Positions 1 through 10,739 are shown, numbered from the stretch's first letter. The stretch is 64,000 bases of DNA from Candidatus Amesbacteria bacterium GW2011_GWC2_45_19 (GCA_001001555.1 LCKS01000002.1:7074-71073); one strand, 5' to 3'. Made by a program: numbers and translations. The notes: generated by a model from the sequence alone, not told the origin.

Positions 1-117
1 CTTAAGTCATATAAAACAGTAGAGGAAATCAGATTCTATTACGGAACCGATAACAATTCTAAATCGAAGACGTTCATGAAAAAAATGTCCCCCAGGTTTC
101 CCCAGGGGCGTGATTAA
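1..117 (+). CDS. 3' end of a partial ORF, possibly an internally deleted NYN/LabA-like gene
   Basis: Frame 1 is open to TAA at 115-117 (LKSYKTVEEIRFYYGTDNNSKSKTFMKKMSPRFPQGRD). The 'EIRFYYG' segment resembles NYN-domain proteins. The ORF runs off the window edge. Confidence 0.35.
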   Translation, partial: LKSYKTVEEIRFYYGTDNNSKSKTFMKKMSPRFPQGRD

Positions 118-149
118 TTGCTATTATATACCAGCCTACTTAATTGTCA

Positions 150-1238
150 ATGCTCATCGGAATTGATGCCAACGAGGCCAATTTAACCCCCAACTTAGTG
201 GGCATAAATGAGTATGCTTTTAATTTGCTATGGGCGATTAGCAATTTGCAAACAGAACATAAGTTTGTAATTTATCTGAAAACTCCGCCTCGGAAAACGC
301 TCCCACCTGAAAGGTGGGATTGGAAATACCGGGTCATTCCGGCTCCCTTATTTTGGACCCAAACCAGATTGCCGTTTGATCTATTTTTCCACCAACCCCG
401 CCCCGATGTCTTCTTCAGCATGACCCACTACGCACCACGTTTTTCACCCATCCCCACGGTCGTGGCCATTATGGATTTGGGATTCCTGCGGACTCCGGAA
501 CAATTTACTCCCAAAGACTTTAATCAATTAAAGAGCTGGACCGGATACTCCGTCAAGAACGCCGCCAAAATAATCGCCATTTCCCAATACACAAAGCAGG
601 ATATTATCAAGAATTATCACCGTAATCCAAAAGACATCATAGTTACTCTTCTGGGTTACAACACCAAGCTCTTTAAGCTAGCTCACAAGCCCCCTAAGCC
701 TTATATACTATTTTTAAGCAGTCTCAAACCGAGCAAAAATGTGGAGGGCCTCATTCGCGCTTTCCATCAACTTGGTACTCAGCACTTAGCACTTAGCACT
801 AAACTGGTCATCGCCGGCAAAAAGGCCTGGCTGTACGGCCAAATATTTGCTTTAGTTAAACGGCTGGGTCTGGAGGACAGGGTTAAATTTACCGGCTTCG
901 TGGACGAAGCCGCTAAAGTGACTCTCATGCAGGAAGCTAGCGCCTATGTCCTGCCTAGTTTTCATGAAGGATTTGGCATTCCGGTATTGGAAGCCATGGC
1001 TTGTGGTACACCTGTCGTTATTTCCCAAGTGGCTAGCCTACCGGAAGTTGCCGGCAATGCCGGAATCTATGTCGATCCTTATTCTCCGGCCAGTATCGCG
1101 GATGGAATAAAAACGGCCATCGGACCAAAACGGGAAGAATTTGTGCACGCAGGCCTAAAGAGAGTAAAATTATTCAGCTGGGCCAAATGCGCCCAACTCA
1201 CCCTAACATGTTTAGAGACCGCAACGGCAGACCGTTAA
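150..1238 (+). CDS. Glycosyltransferase family 4 (GT-B)
   Basis: EGFGIPVLEAMACGTPVV motif and KNVEGLIRAF. ATG at 150 is preferred over TTG at 144. Confidence 0.93.
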   Translation: MLIGIDANEANLTPNLVGINEYAFNLLWAISNLQTEHKFVIYLKTPPRKTLPPERWDWKYRVIPAPLFWTQTRLPFDLFFHQPRPDVFFSMTHYAPRFSPIPTVVAIMDLGFLRTPEQFTPKDFNQLKSWTGYSVKNAAKIIAISQYTKQDIIKNYHRNPKDIIVTLLGYNTKLFKLAHKPPKPYILFLSSLKPSKNVEGLIRAFHQLGTQHLALSTKLVIAGKKAWLYGQIFALVKRLGLEDRVKFTGFVDEAAKVTLMQEASAYVLPSFHEGFGIPVLEAMACGTPVVISQVASLPEVAGNAGIYVDPYSPASIADGIKTAIGPKREEFVHAGLKRVKLFSWAKCAQLTLTCLETATADR

Positions 1239-1798
1239 CTATCCTACAAGTTTTACACAAGGGGATCGCCAGAATCTTCAATATTTTCCTGGACCTCGAG
1301 CTGTACTTGCTTTATCTGGTAGGCCTGGTTCCCTCGCATCTTTTCCGCAAATTTGCCTACCAACTCTGTGGGATGAAATTAAAAGGCACAATTCACATGT
1401 GGGCCAGGTTTTATAACCCAGCTAATATCGAGATTGGGGAGGGCACCATAGTCGGAGATCACGCTTTTCTTGACGGACGGGCCAAACTGAAAATCGGCAG
1501 TCACGTGGATATCGCTTCCGAAGTCATGATTTACAACTCTGAACATGATTTGACCGCAGAAGACTTTATGGCCACTGTTGCCCCGGTGGAAATCAGTGAC
1601 TATGTCTTTATCGGCCCCCGGGCCATTATTTTGCCGGGAGTTAAAATAGGCCGCGGAGCCGCAGTTGCGGCTGGAGCCGTAGTCACCAAAGATGTACCGG
1701 ATTTTAACGTTGTCGGCGGCGTCCCCGCTAAGATAATAGGGGAGAGAAGTAATAAAAATTTAAAGTATCGACTAGGACGGGCCAGACTATTTCAATGA
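1208..1798 (+). CDS. Hexapeptide-repeat (left-handed beta-helix) O-acyltransferase
   Basis: VFIGPRAIILPGVKIGRGAAVAAGAVVTKDVP...VGGVPAKII repeats. Confidence 0.92.
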   Translation: MFRDRNGRPLTILQVLHKGIARIFNIFLDLELYLLYLVGLVPSHLFRKFAYQLCGMKLKGTIHMWARFYNPANIEIGEGTIVGDHAFLDGRAKLKIGSHVDIASEVMIYNSEHDLTAEDFMATVAPVEISDYVFIGPRAIILPGVKIGRGAAVAAGAVVTKDVPDFNVVGGVPAKIIGERSNKNLKYRLGRARLFQ

Positions 1799-2271
1799 AG
1801 ATAATTATAGCTATACTTATAGGCATTTATTTGATGTTGCCTTCTCCCAAATTTCCTGACGTGCCTCCCGGCTCACTTCAATCAAATGAACCGGCAGACA
1901 CCGAAAGCGTTTACCGTCAGGCTTATTACACCAATCTTGCCCGTCCGGAAATAATGGATTATTACGACCGGGCCTTCCGCGGCCCCATCCAATACCGTTT
2001 AAATCTGCCTCCTGAAGACGCTTATTCTGTCATCCGTGACCAGACCAGAAGCAGTTTTTTGGAGCAGATAGTCCATCCCGGGCGGGAGTCGTTGTATATT
2101 AATGCCTTCGTGCCCACCAAGCCTACCGAACAGATCAATATCAACGGTGTTCATTACCTGAACAAAGTCACTATCCGTTATCTGCCCTCTCATCCCATCT
2201 CCCGTCTGACTGTCCTGGCCCTGTCTAGCCTGTTATTCCTGTGGCTGGTTAAAGAATATTCCCATGTCTAA
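1795..2271 (+). CDS. Hypothetical membrane-anchored protein
   Basis: 158-aa ORF with hydrophobic N- and C-termini, overlapping both neighbouring genes. Confidence 0.7.
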   Translation: MKIIIAILIGIYLMLPSPKFPDVPPGSLQSNEPADTESVYRQAYYTNLARPEIMDYYDRAFRGPIQYRLNLPPEDAYSVIRDQTRSSFLEQIVHPGRESLYINAFVPTKPTEQININGVHYLNKVTIRYLPSHPISRLTVLALSSLLFLWLVKEYSHV

Positions 2272-3511
2272 ATACTTATTAGCTTTAATATTAATTTTTG
2301 CAGCCCTTTACCCTAAGTTTCCCCTGTTGGGAGTATCCGGCACTTTCGTGGCCGTCCGCCTGGAAGATTTTGTCATCGCCGCGGCCATTGCCTTTTGGGG
2401 ACTGACCGCTATGCGTCAAAAATACCTGCCTGTCCACCGCTCGATTCTCCTATATCTGGCGGTAGGTTTCGTCTCCGTTTTTTCCGCCGTTTTTGTTACC
2501 AAAACGGCTGGTCTTAATCTGGGCTTTCTGCACGCCCTCCGCCGGGTAGAATACATGGCTCTTTTTGCCGTGGGTTTCCACTTCCTGCAAAACCGGGATC
2601 AATTGCATTTTCTCATCCGCACTTTTCTGATAATTTCTCTGCTGGTGTCTATTTTTGGTCTGGGTCAGCAATTTTTGGGCTGGCCGGTCATCTCCACCAC
2701 CAATAGTGAATTTGCCAAAGGCCTGGCCCTGACCTTGGGAGAAGGGGCCCGCATTAATTCTACTTTTGCCGGTCATTACGACCTGGCCGCCTTTTCCATT
2801 TTTCCCTTGTTTCTGGTCATCGCCCTGCTGACCCTGCCCCGGATTCGACACAAATGGGTTTTAGTGGGCATTGGTTCTTTGGCTTATTGGACCATGCTTC
2901 TGTCCGCTTCCCGGGTCACCTTCGCCGCTTTTTACGTCACCGCCGCCCTCTTTTTGCTGCTCATTCATAAGAGGCTTTGGCTCATACCCCTGATGGCCTT
3001 AGCCATTTTCAGCATTTTGATCTCTCCCCAGCTGCTGGGCCGGTACCGCGAGCTTTTAATCAACCACGTCTATGCCGCCGAGACAGCGGCTGACGAAGAA
3101 GTGCCCGATGCTCTCAAACCCCCGGCTGTTCCCGAAGACCGCTCATTCAATATCCGCCTCCAGGCCGAATGGCCCCGGGCCCTGCGGGCTTTTTATCAAA
3201 ACCCGGTTTTGGGCACCGGTTTTTCTTCCGTCGGCCTGGCGGTGGACAACGATTATCTGCGCCTGCTGGCCGAAACCGGCCTGTTGGGATTTTTGGCCTT
3301 CGGTCTGATCATGCTGCGCATCTTTAAGTCCGCCCGGCCTTATTTGCGCGCTCCCAATTCTCCCCCGGAGGCCTTTATCGTCGCCGTAACTCTGGGATTG
3401 GTGGGCCTGCTGCTTAACGCCGCTTTTATCGATGTTTTTGAAGCTTCAAAAATTGCCGTTATTGCCTGGACCTTGCTTGGAGTAGCTGAAAAGGCCAAAA
3501 TATTGGTATGA
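2264..3511 (+). CDS. O-antigen ligase/polymerase (Wzy_C-like) membrane protein
   Basis: Multi-TM protein with RINSTF, LLSASR, PVLGTG and DNDYLRLLAETGLLG motifs. Confidence 0.82.
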   Translation: MSKYLLALILIFAALYPKFPLLGVSGTFVAVRLEDFVIAAAIAFWGLTAMRQKYLPVHRSILLYLAVGFVSVFSAVFVTKTAGLNLGFLHALRRVEYMALFAVGFHFLQNRDQLHFLIRTFLIISLLVSIFGLGQQFLGWPVISTTNSEFAKGLALTLGEGARINSTFAGHYDLAAFSIFPLFLVIALLTLPRIRHKWVLVGIGSLAYWTMLLSASRVTFAAFYVTAALFLLLIHKRLWLIPLMALAIFSILISPQLLGRYRELLINHVYAAETAADEEVPDALKPPAVPEDRSFNIRLQAEWPRALRAFYQNPVLGTGFSSVGLAVDNDYLRLLAETGLLGFLAFGLIMLRIFKSARPYLRAPNSPPEAFIVAVTLGLVGLLLNAAFIDVFEASKIAVIAWTLLGVAEKAKILV

Positions 3512-4851
3512 TCCGCCGTTTTCAATATCTTTTCCTTGGCTTGCTCCTGGTCTTGGGGTTTGTAGTCCGCCTTTACAAAATCACCAACCCCATTGCCGAT
3601 TGGCAGTCCTGGCGCCAGGCAGATACCTCCGCCGTCACCCGCAACTGGGTGAAAAACGGCGTAGACGTTCTCACTCCCCGTTACGATGATTTTTCCGACG
3701 TCTCCGGCCGTGGTCTATTTAACCCCAACGGTTACCGTTTCACCGAATTCCCCCTCTTTAATCTAATCCATTATTTCCTCTATTCTCTATTATCTAATTT
3801 CTATTCTCTAGAACTAGTGGGTCGTTTGACCTCTATTCTGGCCACGCTCGTCTCCGCCGCTCTCCTTTTCTTTTTGGCTCGCCGCCATTCCACCTCGGAG
3901 GTGGCCTGGCTAACTACGGCCATCTTTCTCTTTCTGCCCTACAACATTTATTTTACCCGCGTTATCTTACCAGATCCTCTGATGGTCACCTTGGTTTTGG
4001 CGGCTCTTTTAGCCCAACCTTCTTCGCGCTTGCTGACTTGGATCTTTGGTTCTCTGGCCGTCCTGGTTAAACCCACCGCCATTTTTTTCCTCTTGCCCTT
4101 GCTCAAAGACTTTTGGCTTTTTGCCAGCCTGCTTTTACCCTTTGGCCTGTGGCGCATTTGGGAGCACCGTTCTCCCGAGGGCATTCCCGCCAGCCTGTGG
4201 CTGTTAAACGGCAATGGCATCCGCTTCCGCCCCGCCTGGTTTAGATGGCTGTTTGGCGAGAGGCTGGGGGATATGATTCTGGGTCAGTGGGGGATTTTTC
4301 CCTTCTTACTGGGGCTTTTTCAGGCCAATTCCTATTGGCTCACCTGGGCCGCCGGGGCTCTGCTGTACTTAATCGTTTTTGCCACCGGCAACATCCAGCA
4401 TGATTATTACCAACTCCCTCTTATTCCTATAGTTTCCGTTTTGGTGGCCCTGGGGGCAATTCACTTCAGTACCACCCTGGCCAAAAAAGCCGTCATGGCT
4501 TTCTGCGTCCTGCTGATGCTCGGCTTGGCTTGGTATGACATCAAAGGGGATTATCAGGTTAACAATTGGCCCATCGTCCGCGCCGGCCTGGCCGCGGATA
4601 AACTTTTGCCCAAAAATGCCATCGTCGTCGCCCCTTACAACGGAGACACCGCTTTCCTGTACCAGACCAACCGCCGGGGATTTCCTAATTTGTCCTTACC
4701 CATCAAGGATTTGCGCGACCGCTTCGGCGCCCAGTATTATGTTTCGGTCAATTATGATGATCAAACCAATGCCATTATGAAAAAATATACAGTTCTTGCG
4801 CAGACTCCCGAATATGTCATCATTCAGCTCGTTGAGCCGATCCGCCCATGA
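3508..4851 (+). CDS. GT-C (ArnT/PMT-like, GT39/83) membrane glycosyltransferase
   Basis: N-terminal TM followed by DWQSWRQADT, EFPLFN, GRLTSIL; many TM segments. Confidence 0.78.
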   Translation: MIRRFQYLFLGLLLVLGFVVRLYKITNPIADWQSWRQADTSAVTRNWVKNGVDVLTPRYDDFSDVSGRGLFNPNGYRFTEFPLFNLIHYFLYSLLSNFYSLELVGRLTSILATLVSAALLFFLARRHSTSEVAWLTTAIFLFLPYNIYFTRVILPDPLMVTLVLAALLAQPSSRLLTWIFGSLAVLVKPTAIFFLLPLLKDFWLFASLLLPFGLWRIWEHRSPEGIPASLWLLNGNGIRFRPAWFRWLFGERLGDMILGQWGIFPFLLGLFQANSYWLTWAAGALLYLIVFATGNIQHDYYQLPLIPIVSVLVALGAIHFSTTLAKKAVMAFCVLLMLGLAWYDIKGDYQVNNWPIVRAGLAADKLLPKNAIVVAPYNGDTAFLYQTNRRGFPNLSLPIKDLRDRFGAQYYVSVNYDDQTNAIMKKYTVLAQTPEYVIIQLVEPIRP

Positions 4852-6047
4852 AGATCCTGATGCTCCTGCCGTATTTGCCTTACCCTCCGTCAGAGGGCGG
4901 TCAAGTCCGTTCCTACAAACTCATTAAGTTGTTGTCTAGAAAGCACACCATTACTTTAGTTTGTTTTTCCCGCCAGCATAATACTCAAGACCAAATCAGT
5001 CATATGAAACAATTTTGCCGTAAAGTCATAGTTATTGAACGGGGAAAGACTTGGACTCTGGCAAATATCTTGCGCACCGGTTTTTCTCCCTATCCTTTTC
5101 TCGTCTCCATTTATTATTCTCCCCAAATTAAACAGGTCCTCCAGGAAGAGCTGCAAAGCGGCCAATACGATTTAATTCACGCGGAAATGTCATATACCCT
5201 GCCGTACCTCCCTCCTCATAACCTGCCCATTATTTTGGTCGAGCAGACTATCATGTCCCGGATATTTGGCCACCAGGCCAACACCGACAAGCGCTTGTGG
5301 TTCAGGCCGTTTATGTGGATCGACGTAGCCAAAATGCGTTTTTGGGAACAATACTTTTGGAGGAGAGTCAGCCGGGTAGTTACGGTTTCCGCCGAAGACG
5401 CCAAAGTTATCCAAAAGATAATCCCGGGCTTAAGAGTCGACGTAGTGCCTAATGGAGTAGGGGAGGATGTCAGCAATTTGCCCAAAAAACCTCATTATAA
5501 TCACCGCATTTTATATATGGGTAATTATAAATGGATTCAAAATTGGGAAGCGGCAGAACTGCTGGCCAAAAAGGTTTTTCCTCTGATTAAAAAAGCTATC
5601 CCCACCGCCAGGCTGATCATCGCCGGCCAATTCCCTACTTCTGAAGTCAAAGCCCTCAAAACTTCAGGAGTGGAAATTCTGGAACTCAAGGATTCCGACA
5701 CGCAGGGAGTGGTCAACGCCTATCTTGACTCCGGTCTGTTTGTGGCTCCCATGTATGCCCCGGGCGGCACCAGGCTGAAAATACTGGCAGCTATGGCAGC
5801 CATGATCCCGGTTGTCACCACCCCGGTTGGGGCCGAAGGATATGGAGCGGTTGACGGCGGATCAATTATTATCGGCACCACCCCGGAAGACATTGCCAAT
5901 AAATCCATCCAGGTTTTACAGAATAAAAAGATGTATACCCAGATCGCCAATAAAGCCAGACACCTAGTGGATACCAAATTCTCCTGGGAGCCGATTGCCC
6001 AAAAGCTGGAAAGCATATATGAAGACCTTGTCCATCATCATTCTTAG
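4848..6047 (+). CDS. Glycosyltransferase family 4
   Basis: PYPPSEGGQVR N-terminus and GGTRLKILAAMAAMIPVVTTPVGAEG. Confidence 0.9.
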   Translation: MKILMLLPYLPYPPSEGGQVRSYKLIKLLSRKHTITLVCFSRQHNTQDQISHMKQFCRKVIVIERGKTWTLANILRTGFSPYPFLVSIYYSPQIKQVLQEELQSGQYDLIHAEMSYTLPYLPPHNLPIILVEQTIMSRIFGHQANTDKRLWFRPFMWIDVAKMRFWEQYFWRRVSRVVTVSAEDAKVIQKIIPGLRVDVVPNGVGEDVSNLPKKPHYNHRILYMGNYKWIQNWEAAELLAKKVFPLIKKAIPTARLIIAGQFPTSEVKALKTSGVEILELKDSDTQGVVNAYLDSGLFVAPMYAPGGTRLKILAAMAAMIPVVTTPVGAEGYGAVDGGSIIIGTTPEDIANKSIQVLQNKKMYTQIANKARHLVDTKFSWEPIAQKLESIYEDLVHHHS

Positions 6048-6852
6048 CTACAACGTCAAGAAACTGCTTCTTGACTGTTTAGCTTCTATCCCAAAACATC
6101 TGGATTGGGAAGTCATCGTTGTGGACAACGCCTCAAGCGATGACTCTGGCACCGCGGTTAAACACCATTTTCCATTTGTCGCGGTCGCGCAAAACGACAA
6201 AAACTTAGGTTTTGCTGCTGGCAACAACGTTGGCATTAAAAAATCTGTCGGCCAATATATTCTTTTATTAAACCCCGATACTATCGTTTACCCCAACACT
6301 ATAGAAACCGTTCTCAAATATATGCAATCTCATCCTAAAGTTGGCGCGGCTACCTGCCGGGTAGAACTCCCAGACGGTTCTCTCGATTATTCCTGCCATC
6401 GCCATTTTCCCGATCCCATCGGTTCTTTTTTACACCTGATCGGTCTGCGTCACCTTTCTAAATATTCCTCAACCCACGTTCCAAACGCTATTCATGAAAT
6501 CGACGCTCTCGTTGGCGCCTTTGCCATGATCAGAAGAACTGCCGGCGATCAGGTTAGTTGGCTGGACGAGGATTATAAATTTAACGGCGAAGACATCGAT
6601 TTTTGTTACAAATTAAAAGAAAAAGGCTGGAAAGTGATGTATATTCCGGACGTCAAAACTACTCATTTCAAGGGCTCATCTGTCCGGGCTATCCCAGCCG
6701 GCCGCCGCTGTTGGGCTGTCAACTCGACAGACGCCATGCGTCTTTTCTACAGCAAACACCTGGCCGCAAAATACCCCTTCTTTGTAAACTGGGCTGTTTA
6801 CCTGGGTATCAAAGTTCTTGAGATTTTTAGAACGATGGGAGCTTATTTTTAA
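6019..6852 (+). CDS. Glycosyltransferase family 2 (rhamnosyltransferase-like)
   Basis: LSIIILSYN, VVDNASSD, NLGFAAGNN, LLLNPD, EDIDFC. Confidence 0.92.
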   Translation: MKTLSIIILSYNVKKLLLDCLASIPKHLDWEVIVVDNASSDDSGTAVKHHFPFVAVAQNDKNLGFAAGNNVGIKKSVGQYILLLNPDTIVYPNTIETVLKYMQSHPKVGAATCRVELPDGSLDYSCHRHFPDPIGSFLHLIGLRHLSKYSSTHVPNAIHEIDALVGAFAMIRRTAGDQVSWLDEDYKFNGEDIDFCYKLKEKGWKVMYIPDVKTTHFKGSSVRAIPAGRRCWAVNSTDAMRLFYSKHLAAKYPFFVNWAVYLGIKVLEIFRTMGAYF

Positions 6853-6853
6853 G

Positions 6854-6916
6854 TACCTCACCCCAGCCCTCTCCTAATTTAGGAGAGGGGGATCCGCCGC
6901 AGTGGAGGGTGAGGTA
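6854..6916. repeat. Intergenic palindromic element (CCCTCTCCT/AGGAGAGGG family)
   Basis: TACCTCACCC-cag-CCCTCTCCTAATTTAGGAGAGGG-...-GGGTGAGGTA forms nested stems. Related copies at 36108, 42967 and 61479. Confidence 0.85.
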
Positions 6917-6926
6917 TAATTTAAGC

Positions 6927-7994
6927 ATGGGTCGGATTATTTGTATTGACGCCAGGTTGTGGGGAATTAGGCACACCGGAATAGGCCGCTATGTAGAGAA
7001 TCTTATTGATAATTTACCTGGCGAAGTAATACTTATCGTTCCGCCCGATCTGAAAAACGAGCCCAAGTTGGCCAAATTTACCAAATATTACGCCCGTTTT
7101 CACCCCTACTCTTTCTTAGCCCAGCTGGAAATGCTGTGGATTCTGTCTTTTATCAGGCCAGATTTACTGCACGTTCCCCACTTTACGATTCTCGTCCTTT
7201 GGCCCGGCAGAATGGTCGTTACCATTCACGATTTAATTAAACACATTTCCAAAGGCCATGACACCACCACCCGCCATCCCCTTCTTTACTGGCTAAAGTA
7301 TTTTGGATATTTAATTATTGTCTGGCTGGCCGTGCACCGGGCCAGCCATATTATTGTCCCGGCCAAATACTGGCGGGACATCTTAATCAAAAAATACGGT
7401 CTAAATCCAGCCGAAATCTCTGTCATCTACGAAGGAGTAGCTCAAACATTTTTGGGTGACTCTTTAAAGGAGACTCCTTTCAAGAGTATCCCAAGGCCGT
7501 TTGTGGTTTATACGGGAAATTTGTATCCTCACAAAAACATTCTGGTTCTTATCCGAGCCGTAGAACTAGCTAAAGTAAACCTGGCCATCGTCTGCGCCCG
7601 CTCGGTTTTTGCCGACCGCCTTCCCACTTCGCCCCGGGTGTTTTACTTAGGTCAACTAAGTGATGAACAGCTGGTAGGTCTTTATCAGCAGGCTGCAGCT
7701 TTCACTTTCCCCTCATTAATAGAAGGATTCGGTTTGCCGGGCCTGGAAGCTATGGCGGTGGGTTTACCGGTCATTGCCGCCCGGGCCTCCTGTTTGCCGG
7801 AAATTTACGGAGACGCGGCTTTGTTTTTTAGTCCTCACGATCCCGTAGATCTGGCCGATAAAATTCAAAGCCTGCTCATCGACAAAAAACTGCGCGAAAT
7901 GCTAATTGCTAAAGGCCAAATGCAAGTTAAAAAATACTCCTGGGCCACTATGGCCGCCCAAACATGGGAGATTTACCAAGCCGCATCGCGTTAG
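6927..7994 (+). CDS. Glycosyltransferase family 4
   Basis: IDAR...TGIGRY, VVTIHDLI, EGFGLPGLEAMAVGLPVI. Confidence 0.93.
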   Translation: MGRIICIDARLWGIRHTGIGRYVENLIDNLPGEVILIVPPDLKNEPKLAKFTKYYARFHPYSFLAQLEMLWILSFIRPDLLHVPHFTILVLWPGRMVVTIHDLIKHISKGHDTTTRHPLLYWLKYFGYLIIVWLAVHRASHIIVPAKYWRDILIKKYGLNPAEISVIYEGVAQTFLGDSLKETPFKSIPRPFVVYTGNLYPHKNILVLIRAVELAKVNLAIVCARSVFADRLPTSPRVFYLGQLSDEQLVGLYQQAAAFTFPSLIEGFGLPGLEAMAVGLPVIAARASCLPEIYGDAALFFSPHDPVDLADKIQSLLIDKKLREMLIAKGQMQVKKYSWATMAAQTWEIYQAASR

Positions 7995-9121
7995 TTTACG
8001 ACCGGGTGAATAAGTGGGGCGGGGCGGAGAGAGTACTATTGGCTCTTCATGAAATGTTTCCCGGCGCTCCCCTCTACACCGCCGTCTATAACCCCGCAAC
8101 TGCAGGATGGGCTAAAGTTTTTTCTCAAGTTATTCCTACTTTCTTACAAAAATTTCCTTTTGCCAAATCCAATCATGAACTCTACCCCTGGCTTACCCTC
8201 ATCGCCTTTGAAACTCTGAAATTTGACGATTATGACATAGTTATTTCTGTCACTTCTGCCGATGCTAAGGGAATTATTACCAAACCCGGAACCTTTCATC
8301 TATGTTATTGTCTCACTCCCACCCGTTACTTATGGAGTCATAGTGAGTCGTACCGTAATGAGTTGGGAGTAGTGGGGAAAGTATTAACCACTCCATTGTT
8401 TAATTATTTAAAGTCCTGGGATTTAATCGCTTCCCGCCGCCCCGACGCATATGTCGCTATTTCAAAAACAGTCCAATCGCGGATCAAAAAATATTACCGC
8501 CTGGATTCGCAAGTAGTATACCCACCCGTAGACGTCGAACTTTTTAGTCAACCAATTACTATGAACCATGAACTAATAACTAACAACTTCTTCTTGTATG
8601 TGGGCAGATTAGTGGCTTACAAACAAGCCCAGCTCTTAGTTGAAACTTTTAATGATCTGAAATTGCCGTTGGCTATTATCGGGACAGGATCACTTGAATC
8701 AAAACTCAAAGCCATGGCCGCTCCCAACATTCGCTTTCTTGGGCAAGTGGCTGAAACCGAATTGCTTGTCTATTATCAGCATGCGCGGGCGGTTTTGTTT
8801 ATTCACGAGGAGGATTTTGGCCTGGTGCCGGTCGAAGCCCAGGCTGCCGGCACCCCGGTTATCGCCTTAAACCGCGGCGGGGCCAGTGAGACGGTGATTC
8901 ACGGGCAGACAGGTTTGCTGCTTGATAGCGTGTTAGATCTTAAAAATGCTATTCTTAACTTTGACCCTACTCAATTTGACCGGGAGTTTATTAAATCCCA
9001 TGCCCAAAAATTTGCCAAAGACAGATTCAAAAGAGAATTTGAGAGAGCACTTGTACGTGCTTATTCTGGCCGGCGGCGGCGGCACCCGGCTGTGGCCCCT
9101 TTCCCGCGAAAATTCTCCTAA
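7964..9121 (+). CDS. Glycosyltransferase family 4 (mannosyltransferase-like)
   Basis: GGAERVL, CYCLTPTRYLW, EEDFGLVPVEAQAAGTPVIA. Confidence 0.92.
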   Translation: MGDLPSRIALVYDRVNKWGGAERVLLALHEMFPGAPLYTAVYNPATAGWAKVFSQVIPTFLQKFPFAKSNHELYPWLTLIAFETLKFDDYDIVISVTSADAKGIITKPGTFHLCYCLTPTRYLWSHSESYRNELGVVGKVLTTPLFNYLKSWDLIASRRPDAYVAISKTVQSRIKKYYRLDSQVVYPPVDVELFSQPITMNHELITNNFFLYVGRLVAYKQAQLLVETFNDLKLPLAIIGTGSLESKLKAMAAPNIRFLGQVAETELLVYYQHARAVLFIHEEDFGLVPVEAQAAGTPVIALNRGGASETVIHGQTGLLLDSVLDLKNAILNFDPTQFDREFIKSHAQKFAKDRFKREFERALVRAYSGRRRRHPAVAPFPRKFS

Positions 9122-10103
9122 ACAATTTATCAAGCTTTTTGACGGCAAATCTTTACTGCAGCTGACGGTCGGGCGGGCCGTCGAGCTAGCTCCTCCAGAC
9201 CGGATATACGTCTCCACTTCCGCGAAATATGTCTCTGAAATAAAAAAACAGTGTCCCAGAATAAAGAACGAGAACATCATTGCCGAACCTCAACGTAAAG
9301 ATACCGCTATTGCCCACGGCCTCGGGGCCGCCTATATTTATCACCAGAACCCTGAAGCCATAATTATTAATTTAGCCTCCGACCATCTAATTTCACCCGT
9401 CTCCGGTTTTGTTAAAGATATTCTAACCGCTGTTGAATTTGCAGACCAAAATAAATTCGTCACCGTCGGTATTAAGCCCAAGTTTCCCCATACCGGCATG
9501 GGTCACATCAAATTTAAAGGTCATGTAGGCCTCAAATTTGTTGAGAAACCCCCCCTCGATCTGGCTAAAAAATTCACAGCCTCCGGAAATTATTTATGGA
9601 ATGCTAACCTGTATGTCTGGAAAGCCAAGTTATATCTGGATCTCCTCAAAAAACACGCTCCCAAAACTTATTCTTTTTTCCCCAGAATCATAAATAGCAT
9701 TGGTACCGACAAAGAAAAAGAGATAATTCAACTGGCTTTTCAAATGGCTCCCAGTATTTCGGTAGATTATGCGGTTTCGGAAAAGGTCACCAATTTTGTT
9801 TGTATCACCGGACATTTTAACTGGTCAGATGTGGGAGATTGGAACGTGGTTTGGCAAAACCTGCCCCAAGACGCCGCCGGCAACGCTGTCGCGGGCAGCC
9901 GGGGGAGAGGCGAGTTAGTCGGCCTCAATTCCCAAAACAATCTATTTATTTTAGACAAACAGCTCATCACATTGGTCGGGCTTTCGGATATGGTAGTTGT
10001 AGATACGCCGGACGCTATCCTCATTTGCCCCAAAGACAACGCCCAGGCCGTCAAACAGCTGCATCAAATACTTAAGGAGCAAAAACTGCTAAAATACTTG
10101 TAA
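9000..10103 (+). CDS. manC: Mannose-1-phosphate guanylyltransferase
   Basis: ILAGGGGTRLWPLSR..PKQF, FVEKP, SISVDYAVSEK, WSDVGDW, VVVDTPDAILI. Confidence 0.93.
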   Translation: MPKNLPKTDSKENLREHLYVLILAGGGGTRLWPLSRENSPKQFIKLFDGKSLLQLTVGRAVELAPPDRIYVSTSAKYVSEIKKQCPRIKNENIIAEPQRKDTAIAHGLGAAYIYHQNPEAIIINLASDHLISPVSGFVKDILTAVEFADQNKFVTVGIKPKFPHTGMGHIKFKGHVGLKFVEKPPLDLAKKFTASGNYLWNANLYVWKAKLYLDLLKKHAPKTYSFFPRIINSIGTDKEKEIIQLAFQMAPSISVDYAVSEKVTNFVCITGHFNWSDVGDWNVVWQNLPQDAAGNAVAGSRGRGELVGLNSQNNLFILDKQLITLVGLSDMVVVDTPDAILICPKDNAQAVKQLHQILKEQKLLKYL

Positions 10104-10106
10104 TTC

Positions 10107-10739
10107 ATGAAGTACGAACGTCTCAAACGCATCATGGATATTTTTTTGGCCCTCTTTTTGGGAATCGTCTTCTTCCCCGTAAGCCTCCTAGTTGCTCTGG
10201 CCATCAAATTGGAATCTCCGGATGGCCCGATTTTTGCCGATACTCCCAATAGAGTGGGTAAGAACGGCAGACTCTTTCACACCTATAAATTTAGATCCAT
10301 GATTCCTGACGCGGTTAAATATCTCAAATCTAACCCGGGTCTTTTGGAAAAATACAAAAAAAGCAGTTTTAAACTCTACGACGATCCCCGGGTAACAAAA
10401 GTGGGTAAATTCATCCGCAAATATTCCTTAGACGAAGTGCCCCAATTTATTAATATTCTCAAAGGAGAGATGAGCCTGATTGGGCCCCGGCCGTATTATT
10501 CGGACGAGTTGGAAGAACAACAGGCAAAATATCCTCAAACCCAAGACCTGGTGAAAAAGGCCTTATCCGTCCGTCCCGGCGTCACCGGTATCTGGCAGGT
10601 TTCCGGAAGAAGCGACATTAATTTTGACAAACGCATCGAGATGGATTCGCACTACGCCGAGAACATGAACCTATGGTATGATTTAAAGATACTGTTAAAA
10701 ACCCCTTTTGTGATGTTGTCCGGCAAGGGGGCCCTGTAA
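10107..10739 (+). CDS. Bacterial sugar transferase (polyprenyl-phosphate glycosylphosphotransferase catalytic domain)
   Basis: KRIMDI, KFRSM, DPRVTKVGKFIRKYSLDEVPQFINILKGEMSLIGPRP, PGVTGIWQVSGR. Confidence 0.95.
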   Translation: MKYERLKRIMDIFLALFLGIVFFPVSLLVALAIKLESPDGPIFADTPNRVGKNGRLFHTYKFRSMIPDAVKYLKSNPGLLEKYKKSSFKLYDDPRVTKVGKFIRKYSLDEVPQFINILKGEMSLIGPRPYYSDELEEQQAKYPQTQDLVKKALSVRPGVTGIWQVSGRSDINFDKRIEMDSHYAENMNLWYDLKILLKTPFVMLSGKGAL